A DNA stretch of 63,579 nt, filler included, from Perkinsus chesapeaki ATCC PRA-425 (taxonomy: Eukaryota > Protista > Perkinsozoa): the NCBI GenBank assembly GCA_013115145.1. It is 6 parts of 6 records of this genome, joined end to end, with 100 filler letters (N's around TTAATTAATTAA, not from the genome) between each part and the next. Parts side by side here need not be neighbours in the genome. Positions count along the whole stretch, not along the records: positions 11,701 to 15,256 come from JAAPAO010001390.1; positions 15,357 to 27,202 come from JAAPAO010000835.1; 4 more parts are not named here. One strand, given 5' to 3'. Within the stretch, counting starts at the first letter, position 1; the number at the start of each line of letters is the position of its first letter. The position numbers and the translations under genes were made by a program. Of this stretch, positions 12,750-23,244 are shown in pieces. The notes under the pieces are model-generated. The model searched no databases. It worked only from the letters and a program-made list of their open reading frames with translations, and was not told the origin of the DNA.

Positions 12750-14300
12750 GATTGTTGGCTCTGGTAGAAATGGCAGTTCGCTTTGTCGGATCGGCAAGTT
12801 ACTCAGCGGCTGAGTTTCAGCCTCATCGAAAATTCCTCCTCCACGGGGACAACATAACACAGCGGCTGGCCGAACGCTCCGCTGAGGGACAGCCAAACAC
12901 AAAGCTAAGAGCTAGCCACCAGAGATGCAATGTTTCAGTTGTCTTCAGATCATGTTGAAGTTAGTAGTTGGGTAGACAGCTGCGTCCCTGCGGAGACGTG
13001 TGGGTCGCGCTGTCTATTATCTTAAGCCCACCAACCCTCCCCATCAAGCAAAACTGCGGGCAAGTCTACCCCCGTCCGGATAGACTGGAGACACTAGAAG
13101 CCAGCGAGTCGCAGGCAGCGTTGGGTATACTCGGCGTTAACAGCAGTAGCAGGCATAAACTAGCAGAGATTAGAGAGGAAGTACCACAAACGTGGCGATA
13201 CTTGAAGATTAGTTTACCTGATTTCTAGAGTAATCTAGAAAGTTGTAAGTTTCTCGAGTTATAAGAGTTCTGGAGTCTGAGTTCGCGGCGGGTTCCTCTT
13301 CTTTGTCGAAGTGGTTTCTTTTCCTTTTCATATGACTGGTTTCACCGATAGAACTGCTTTACTCGCTGCTGTGCAGCAGGATCTTCAATGTGATGTAGCG
13401 GAGCGGCAGCGCCGTGACGCGGCATTGCTTGAATCTTCTATCCGGGAGTCAACCGCGAAGCAGTATCGTACAGGAGTTGGTTATTATGAAGAGGCGTTTG
13501 GTGTTATCAAGAGTAATCAAGAGTAATCCGGTGTCGTTGGACAATTTATTATCTTTTATCCGTGGTATGGTTACTTGTAGTACGGTCCAAGGAAACACTA
13601 TCAAACAGTATGTTTCGGCGATAAGGACTACTCATTTGATCAGAACTGCATCCCCTTTTCCAGCAGAGGATAGTAAGGTGGTGGATCAAGCTTTGAAGGG
13701 AGCTGTTAATGAAACAAGATATAGAGCTAAGGCTCCCAAGCGAGCGGAACCATTGTCACCGGATTGTCTGGCTGCTTTAAAATTAATGCAGTTGGATTTC
13801 CTCGGAAGAAAGGATCAAATACGTTCGGCAGCTCTTTTGGAACCTCAGCAGAGGAAATTAAATGCGGGGGTTTCTGGCGAAGTACGGCCTGGGAGTCATA
13901 CGGGAGTTATAGTCATGCCGGAGTTATTTTTATTGTTTCTGACCGATAACGGTTCTGCGTTACGGAGTAATGGGGAAGTGCGCGCGCTCGGTTTCTTTCA
14001 TTTCCAGTGTCCGCACACTTGCTTGCCAACAAGCCTCCGCTTAGCAGAACTCGGCTAGGGCGATGAGAGATTGGGAGAGATATGGGAGACACCGTAGGTA
14101 TTTGAATTGTTGGCTTCGGGATATTTATCTGCCATCTCATGTTCCCTACGGTGTGACAGACAAACGGCAGTTCGCTTTGCTGGATCGGCGACTTGCTGAC
14201 GGCAAGCGACTTATGTTTGCCACATTGTACGTCCGTGTTCGGCTGCGTGCAATGTTTGGTTTTCACAACATGCCGCTTGTCTGTCCTCACCCAATACTCC
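12750..14300 (+). mobile_element. Degenerate tyrosine-recombinase (DIRS/VIPER/Crypton-type) element
   Basis: SIRESTAKQYRTGVGYY and SLDNLLSFI..TIKQYVSAIRTTH match the YR N-terminal SAM-like domain; KRAEPLS..KDQIRSAALL follows. GTSAEEIKCGGFWRSTAWESY matches the C-terminal G.W.S...Y motif. A 10-bp duplication at 13506-13525 causes a frameshift. A weak RNase H-like peptide (HRKFLLHGDN) lies upstream. Confidence 0.7.
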
Positions 14301-15575
14301 CGTCCGACTGCATACATGATTGCCTTTGATGACAATGTAGCCGTTGCTTCCTAACCTTAATGCTCCTCGCCTCTTAGAGGCTTTACCGAGAAGGAAGCGC
14401 GTCTTGATTTGAGCTTTTTCGTTCCAAGCGAAGTGTAATAGTTCAATTACTTGTACTGTCCAATAAGCGAGATGTTTCCGTAAGACGTTAAACCAAACTT
14501 TCTTGAACTCTGAAACTTGGAACATTACGAAGTTTCAACAGTTGAAGCTCAACTCCTCTCTCCTTAACCACAGCTGAACAGGTTGAAGTGCCTCTGACGT
14601 ACCTCGCCAAAGGAAGCCTTTGCTGTGGAGGCCCATAAACCTTGACCTTCTCCAGCTGGTGCTTTAAAAAACTTTTTTAAAGCTTAAAGCTTAAGCATTT
14701 ACCAGCTTTAAGCTAGTAAACGTTTATCTTGAAGATTCGTTACGCTCGCATAATGCGAGCGTAATATGTGCCACATGAAGATGCATTCATATTCACTACG
14801 CTATTAGCATAGTAACATCGAGCCGTCAAGACTCGTCGAGTGTTTCGAGGCCTGAGGATGAAGAAGCAGATGATGATGATGATGATGATTAAGGCCAGTA
14901 GCCTTAGAGCAGGAAGACGTGATTGTTGTATCATGTATTTGCTCGTTATTAAGGACCATTTCAATCGAATTAGCGTAGTAATTCAGTTACTGTAACTCTA
15001 AGAGTTAGTAACTCTTCGTAAACCGAAATTTCATTCCGTGCACCACCCTTACTTCCACACATCTACGATTGACTTATCTTGTGAGAACGGTTGCGTTACA
15101 AAAACCTGATTTCTGTACAGCGTGAGTCACGATGCGTGACATGACAGCTCTAGTTGCACCGTACAACTTGCACGTATGCACAGCGTGGTATCATCTCAGC
15201 CTTCCACGTCATTAGCTTTGAGGATCATTTCAAATGATTAGAATTGTCCAAGCATTNNNNNNNNNNNNNNNNNNNNNNNNNNNNNNNNNNNNNNNNNNNN
15301 TTAATTAATTAANNNNNNNNNNNNNNNNNNNNNNNNNNNNNNNNNNNNNNNNNNNNTTTTTGTCATGACTAAAAACCTAGGAATTCAAAATTTCGTGTTA
15401 CGAGTCGTTCTTGTTGTCGAGAAATATTGAAAAATGCATGTGTGATATAATTTTGTGGAGGGGTTTATAAACATATATTAAATACTATTATACATATCAA
15501 TTATGATCATATTGTACATATTAATACTAAGTACTATTATACTATTATATATATTTTTTTTCATGGAGAACTTAC

Positions 15576-17635
15576 TTTCATCTCTGGTGGTGTTGTCAAG
15601 ACCAACATTTCTCATAATGTTATCGACCTCAGCTTCGCTGGGTACATGGCCGCCTCGAAGACCCGCAAAAATCTGCAAGTGTTGTTTAGCCGACAACTCG
15701 GGGAAGAGTATGTCGTGCTGTAGGCAGACCCCTACCGCCGGGTTAGTATCGATTTGCCCATCCACGGAAGATAAGAAATCTATCCTCCCTTCATCTGGAG
15801 AGATTTCACCGCAGAGCATCCTAATCAGCGTGGTCTTTCCAGCGCCATTATGACCAAGAAGACCGAGAACTTCTCCTCTATCAACTTTGAAGGAGACTTT
15901 GTCGACCGCAGTCAGAAGGGATTTATCATGTCGTCTAAAAGTTTTAGTTACATCGTTCACACTCAAGGCAGGCTGCTCTATTGTCACATCCTCGATAACG
16001 CAGCTGGCTCTGGAATCAGGGGCAGCTACATCATACTTGGAGACCAGCGAATTCCAGCAAGAATGACGGAGACGCTTTGGGTTGATCCGCGACTTAGTGA
16101 GAAGGCAGAACAGGATAATACCGCAAGTTTGTGTAATGAGGAGATAGCCGAACTGCGACTGCCACACGTTTGCCCAAGTCAGGCCGACTCGCATCCCTGC
16201 ATGGTCAAGACTGGCCATTATTTCGCCTCCTCGCATGCTAGCAAACCACGGGAGAAGTGATAGTATAGTCTTGAGGGTGGATAAGTCAGTAGTCTTACCA
16301 TTTAGAAGGGCAATGTAGACGACACTGAAGACAAAGGTAGAGGCGAGACCGATCGAACTGGCCGACTGGACGGAGCGAGCAATAGTCGACGAAAATATGG
16401 CAGCAGTGACGAGTTGCCACAAAAATAGAAGATAATGTACCCAAATCAAAGACCAAGATGACAGGATAACCACAGAGTCGGCGTAGAGTATACCAACAAG
16501 GGCGAGGGACATGAATATCGATATAAAGCCGAAGTAGAGGAGCCAATGTAAGAAGTAGGCCACCCTTAAAACATTCATAATAAGGAAGAATCTGTAGTAC
16601 TCGTATTCCTTATCATAAACCATCTTGTTGACAATATATGTGAACCAGAAAAGGATACTAATATTTAGGCACCAGCCAGGAAGCCATTTGAAGATCCAAG
16701 GGGCTTCTGCAGCTTGAACGGTCGGCCTTGGGAATGACTGCACTGCGCTTATAGAGGGGATGGTAATGTTAGTGACGTTACCGGCCAGTACTCTCACAGC
16801 ACCCTTGTCCACCATGCGCTGGATTGCTACGAAGCCAGTATCAATATATTTGCCATAATCTAGTATCAGTGCTTGACTAGTCTCATTTATAATAACTGTC
16901 TGTTTCTTAGGGTCGCTGTTGGGGGCATATGTTCCGTTGATCAGAATCTTATAATGAACGTTTCTCTTCTGAGTGACACCGATCGCCTCGAACACAACAC
17001 CAGCTAGGAAGCTTGCTGGCGGAGCCGTAGCATAAGCGTCTTTGAGGTCGGCCTCAGACGGGAAACCTCGGAGCTCGGTGCTACTGACACCACTCATCAA
17101 TATTGAAGCTAACATCATGCGACAGTTACAAAAACTTATAAGCGTAAGGCCTACCTTGCATTATAGCAGTTACCGTTGGATCGGTGTTTGGTGCCCACCA
17201 GATTCGCTGTTCCCTCGACGCCCATGTGAATGGTATCCAAGTAGCCGAATAAGGGATTTGGGTGCTCGCAGGGTAAACAGGGCTCTCCAGGAACCTATGA
17301 AGAATTATAAAGGGAATCTTGTATTGTACCTACCGCTGTGGTGCAAGACTATCCATAGCTGACAAAGGTTCTTGATAAACCGGTTGCCCAGTGAACCTTT
17401 GAGTATCTCCACTGCCGAAATTAGGGAGAGAGAATAGGAAGAGCGCCTGCAACAGCAGCAGGTGATTATAAATGAAAGGGTCATACGCAGTTATCACCAA
17501 TATGGGAAATACAGTCACTAACATAGCGATAAGCAGGTTCTTTTTGACGATAAAAATCTCCTTTTTTAACAGCACTCCGACTTGATGCATGATGGCCCGC
17601 CGTCTCTGGGCGCGGTCTTTTCTTGTTCTGGTCAT
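15576..17635 (-). CDS. ABCA-subfamily ABC transporter, N-terminal half; remainder lost in an intron and gap
   Basis: N-terminal [25 protein letters not shown], six TM segments, Walker [10 protein letters not shown] and Q-loop [15 protein letters not shown] donor at 15575 comes before the signature motif is reached. Confidence 0.88.
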
Positions 17636-18515
17636 ATTCAAGGGTAAAGCTCCTGCTCTAATAATCGAGTTGTGTGCAATATTAACGGAAATAGAGGGAG
17701 AAATATAGAATATGAAGAATAGCTAGCAAGAAGGTAATCAGAGTTTCCGATTCGGAAATGAGATCGGTTCAAGCCAGCAGCTAGACATCTCGGCTCAGAA
17801 AGGAGAAATTGGGTGACATGAAGTGATGCCCGTCGGGCATTGCCCGATGCTTGCGCGCACCAATGGGCGTCACGGCGCGGCGCGACCGCGCCATGGAGTC
17901 ACTTGTGTCGACGTGATCACTGCGCCACCGAGGCATGCCCATACGATAATTCAGCGGCTCTGTACTATGACCCTTTCCTATGTCTACTCGGATGATGGCA
18001 ACTTCAAGATGAGCGAAATTGATGATGGAGATCCATATAAGTTGATGGTAGTAATACCCGTAAAACTGACGGGAATCTCGTCACGAGAGGAAAGTTTCAT
18101 CAAGAAACTAGCCATGTGTGAGAAGCAATAATACTATGTTAATGCTATCTCTCTTTTCGTGGCACAAAGCTTTATCTTAGCCCCTGAGACTCAGTCTATC
18201 TTTATGTTCTGATAAAGCCTCCATCAGATGTTGGGGAGCTGATCACATTTATACTTTCAAGATATTGAATCTGGTTTAGTGTTACATCTCTGTGAGAAGC
18301 AACTTACATGACACAGAAACGAGGCTGCTACCTAAAGTGGTCATAGTATTACTATGGCCTTCATAGTGATGGACCAGATACTGTGATAGACACCGTATAA
18401 AGTTTATGTAACATAAATTATGTTATAAACGGATATGGTATATGGCATATAAACACCATCGCCTTCGTTATTTATACACTGACCAGGCCGGTTACTTTAG
18501 ATCTGAGAAGTTCCG

Positions 18516-19502
18516 TCAAGGTTTACTACAGGAACTATCTGTCCTATCCCAAGGAGACCCCAGTGCCTCCTCGAGATCGTGCATGGTAGCAAAGGAGCCT
18601 GATGCTGATGAAACTCTAACGGAAGTCATCCAACCTTCAACCATCACCGATACAGCATTGAAACTCTCGCAGCCGACGAAGTCCCACCACGGAAAACATC
18701 GTGCAAGGGATTCCCGTGTGGATACTTTGAGCGCATCCAAGAACACTCGTGGATTGGACTCGTGTCCAACGAACAAGCCCGCCACAAATTCGCCCATCAA
18801 ACCAGGAAGGAACCGACACTTATACGGACGGATACCTTTGACAGTCTGCACCAGGACGCCGTTTTTAACGATGACGAGATCTTCACCATTGCTCAATAGC
18901 ACAATGTGCTCGTTGTCGGGTGTCACAGTGAAGTCTTGGAACTCACAGGAAGGAGGTATGCTGGTGATGATTTTCCATTGACTATCGTTTTCAAGAGCAT
19001 AGAGCTTATCGAGTGAAGTAACAATACACACAGTCCTATTCGATAATTTCATATCAGAAATTCGTCCAGGTAGGTCCATGATATCTATTCCAGCATCATC
19101 AACAAGTAGCTTCTTCTTCCTCATATGAGTATCGTCTTCAGCGATAATGTAATAAAGACATGCGGAAAGTACACAGCCCATGAGGAAGCTCCCCTCGATA
19201 AGCCATTCGCGCCTATAGCGCACATCCTTGGCCACGTCATCCGGAACTCTCAGCTCATCGTGCGGTATTTCATCAGATTCTTCCTCTTCATCAGATGAGA
19301 CCTCCGAATCCCCCGGTAGCATCGCGAACACATTGTAATGGGCGAGTTGAAAATAGTGCTTGTTGCCAAGGGATAGCCGATTGATTTTAAACATGCTAAC
19401 ATCATCGACCAGAAGCCCCGAAGGGTTAAGATGCTCAACCATGACGTCTCCGTCAAGGTTCACAAAGACCTGCTTTTCATCAGTTATATGGTTGGGAACC
19501 AT
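18516..19502 (-). CDS. Hypothetical 328-aa protein, intronless, beta-rich (possible propeller)
   Basis: Long ATG-initiated ORF with an acidic patch and alternating beta-strand-like segments; no family recognised. Confidence 0.6.
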   Translation of the reverse strand: MVPNHITDEKQVFVNLDGDVMVEHLNPSGLLVDDVSMFKINRLSLGNKHYFQLAHYNVFAMLPGDSEVSSDEEEESDEIPHDELRVPDDVAKDVRYRREWLIEGSFLMGCVLSACLYYIIAEDDTHMRKKKLLVDDAGIDIMDLPGRISDMKLSNRTVCIVTSLDKLYALENDSQWKIITSIPPSCEFQDFTVTPDNEHIVLLSNGEDLVIVKNGVLVQTVKGIRPYKCRFLPGLMGEFVAGLFVGHESNPRVFLDALKVSTRESLARCFPWWDFVGCESFNAVSVMVEGWMTSVRVSSASGSFATMHDLEEALGSPWDRTDSSCSKP

Positions 19503-19994
19503 GAGAGAGGATTAAGTGGGTTTTAGAGAAGCTATCGAGGCGAGCGAAGGTCTTCTGAAACCCGCACCCGAAGCCCGCTCGTAGTCAAGAGCCCCTATAG
19601 TGACTATAGTATAGTCCTCCGCGGTTCGTCGTCGTTCGGCATGGACTGTTTTCTTCCACACTGTAAAGACGCGAGAACGTTGTGGACGGCAGGACGGATG
19701 TGACGGTGTCTTGATCGCTTTTCCTTTAGCATTAGGCTTCTCGGTAGAATGCTTACACGAATTTCGCACTGCGAAGAATGCGATAAACAATTATGCAGTA
19801 GCATGAAGATTCGCTCAAGTATATCTCATAATGTAACTTACCATAGGCTACTCCTGATAGCCAAGTTTCCTGCCACAATTTTGCTAATATTATTCGAGCT
19901 CGAAAGAGTCGCGCGCGCCAAACTGATCGATATTTCTTCTTGTTTCCCAGTCTACCCGTAATCGTACATTAGTTCTACGTTAACTCCATCTTGA

Positions 19995-22590
19995 ATGTCC
20001 AAACGTACTCCTGACCCTGCCGCTTGTCCTCCGACTAAGTCCGCCCGCCAAAGCGACTTAGTTTCCGAGATGATCTTGAATCGTCCAGCTATTCGTTATA
20101 CCGGCGACACCGCCATTCCCAAGGACGCTGTCGTTTCAAGCGTCTTTGTTGTCGGTCAACCGACAGCTATGAAGGCGTTCGTTAGCGCCGCTCCTGACTG
20201 CATCAAGCAGAATCTCAGCGATTTTGTATCCGCTCATGGTATCCTAGGTCGATGCGCGTCTTTCACATTCGAGTTAGATACTCCGGCCAGCAACGCTCGG
20301 CCCTCCCAATCCATCACCATGATAAAGCAAGTAGGCAAGGAGGGTGAGGATAAGTTCACCAAGCTCGTAGTCATCAACGTTCCCACCGAGGCCTCCAGAT
20401 ATAATAAGTACTAATAGTCTTTCTCTTGACCAGTATCCCCTGCTAGCCCTGCTCGCCCGGACGCTGTCGCAAAGGCCTTAGTGAAGTTCCCTGACTTCAC
20501 CGCTCCTGGCAAACGCACCGTCCATGTCTTGGCCCTGGGCAACTCTGCTCGAGACGCCGCGGTCACGGGCATTTCTGTCGGTCGAGCAGCGCTGAGGTTC
20601 AACCTCAGCACCAAGCGAGGGGTCCCCTGCGAAATGCCGAGCCCCACTGTCACTGTGGGAGTGTGGTCTGCGGAAGCCGGCTCGGCTGGCGAGGACCTCT
20701 GCAAGGCCCTCGATGTAGTGGTTGATAAAATGAGGATGTCAGCCTCCTTGACGGATATGCCGACTAACTACCTCAACACGACCACGTAATATCCTGTGAT
20801 GGAATGGGAAGGCTATAAATGCACGCCCTAGGTACGTATCGTTCATGGAGAGGCTCGTCGGTGACTTGAAGGCAAAAGGCCGTGATGTCGAAATGAAGGT
20901 TATCAGAGGACAGGATCTCGAGGACCAAGGATTCGGTGGCATTTGGAACGTCGGCAAAGCTTGTATGAAATTTGATCGTCACGTCTGCGGGGATGGGAGT
21001 CTGCCAGGCACTGCGAACCCTCCGGCATTGGTTGTGCTGTCATGGAATGCCTCGAAGGCTAAGGCCGATGATAAATCGGTAGTGCTGGTTGGGAAGGGCA
21101 TAGTCTATGACACTGGCGGATTGGCTCTTAAGAGTCGCGAAGGTATGGCTATGATGAAGAGGGATATGGGAGGTAGTAACTGACGAGGGGGTACCTGGTG
21201 GAGGAGGGCGTCAAGAGGATGGTGATCTAATGTAGCTCACTTGTGTGCTATCCTTCCAGTCAGGCCGCAATGAGCTGATGCGCATATCTCGGTATTAGCT
21301 CCGGGTAGAGTACTCGGAAATTTAAACGGTCGATCATTCTAATATATGCTTTGATGAAATGAACGAGGCTGATCCTCCCGTATTGGAGAGTTGCTCCAAT
21401 CTGACTGCTTATGCCTTATGGCCCGTAGAGCAGCCCGAGACCATTAGTACATTATTGACCTCCATTTGTAGTCTATTGCATATCGGATAGAATGAAGCTT
21501 CCCCTTACTGTAGTGTGTGCTGATTGTCTCCTTTCAGGCTCCGCCGGTCTTCTCGGTGCATTCGCTGCTATTGTGGAGTCCGATGTCCATCTTGGTAAAC
21601 CGCTCTACTTCATCGGTTGCCTGGCCGAGAACTCTATTGGCCCGGACGCCTTCCGAATGGACGATATCATCACAATGTATTCGGGGCTCACAGTGGAGAT
21701 TAACAACACCGATGCTGAGGGACGCCTTGTGATGGCGGATGGAGCAGCCTATGCTGCCAAGCATTTGAATCCTGAGTTGGTTATCGATATGGCCACTCTC
21801 ACGGGCGCCAGCGGTATAGCTACGGGACATTATCACGCAGCGATTATGTCGAACAATGAGGAGGTGGAGAAGGCCGCTGTTGATGCTGGCAAGAAGATTG
21901 GCGACCTCGTCCATCCGCTCATTTTCTGCCCGGAGTTCCATCGAGCGGAGCTTCAAAGTGACATTGCTGATCTTAAGAACTCGGTAGGGTGTCTATTCGA
22001 CTTGGTGATTCCTTCCTATTAGTATGTCTTTTCGGAAAACATGAATCTTATGACAGGAATTGTCAGGGCTTCTGCTCGTTACATCTTATAGGCGATTTAG
22101 AGTCTTAGTAAAGCATGTCACAGTTGGCGTGCTCTGTTGGGATCTGGAATCTCTTCACGGCTTGAAGAAGAAGTTGCAATTTTGTGAGGCTTTCTTAATT
22201 CACATCCGCGCCAGCATATGCAGTGCTCCGAATCAACTTAGAAAACTACTTTGGCCATTTTCCAACAGACTGACTCCGACTCTGAGCTTCAAGCTCGAAG
22301 GATCTTGCTCTCGATATACCACCGAAATTTCTGTGCGTGATGGTGGATAGCACATTCTACTGTTAACGATATTGTTTTAGGTTAAGAATAGAAACAACGC
22401 CCAAGTGTCATGCGCTGGGTGGTTCGTTTATGAGAATATGATGGCAGCCGCTGCTGCCTCGGAAGATATCAAGTATCTTCACGTCGACATGGCCTTCCCT
22501 GTGGAGTTCATGGACAACAAGGCTACTGGTTACGGTGTGTGCCTTATAAGCCAACTGTTAGGGCTATTTGACAAGTGCCTTCCTCAATGA
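19995..22590 (+). CDS. M17 leucyl aminopeptidase, NPEPL1-type, copy 1 (6 exons)
   Basis: [60 protein letters not shown] and LHVDMA. Introns at 20408-20446, ~20787-20832, 20963-21007, 21173-21537 and 21984-22380. Confidence 0.92.
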
Positions 22591-23244
22591 TTAATTACAG
22601 AGCTACTCTTCTATCTGGTAGCTATAAAGTTTCTGTGCTCCACCACCACTAGAATGGTGAACTACTCCAGTGGCATCACTGTCATCACTTGTGAATGCTG
22701 GAGTCAACAACCTGTATCACACTCAACGTTTCTGCTCGGAGCTCTCGGAGCTCTAAATACATCTGCGATGAGTTTATCAATCAGTGGAGGTTGGTGTGTG
22801 ATACTGACGACGTGGGGCTGACGACGATGATAATGCATTCGGAACTTTTTGTCAGGGTGCCGTTTTCCGAGGAGGGTTTAACAGTCAAACACTCCCCGGA
22901 AAACGGCACCGTGACCAACTTTGACTTCATAGAGCCAATCGAAGCGGGTTTCCGCGAGGCAATAGTATAAACAGATTGGCCGCTGATATATCATTAATGC
23001 ATCGACCTTCAAAGAGCTCATTGAGGGTCGTTGGAAAGCTCTTGGCCGGAAATATGGGCGCATGCTTGGATACCTTCCCTCCATGTGGCATAATCGTAGG
23101 AATGCACCTTTGTAGGTGGCCAGTGTTGGTGGTAAAGGGGTAGAATACGGTAGTGATTTCAACCGGACGGGTTCCACTTCTCGCACTGCTAATGGGAGCC
23201 TAGTCGAGCCTTGATGGACTATGGGCAGTTAAGGTTGTTTATTA

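Noticed and set aside
22695-23186. Short ORFs between the two aminopeptidases (and similarly 17823..18131)
   Set aside because: No recognisable motif, broken by stops or frameshifts, and no convincing splice model.
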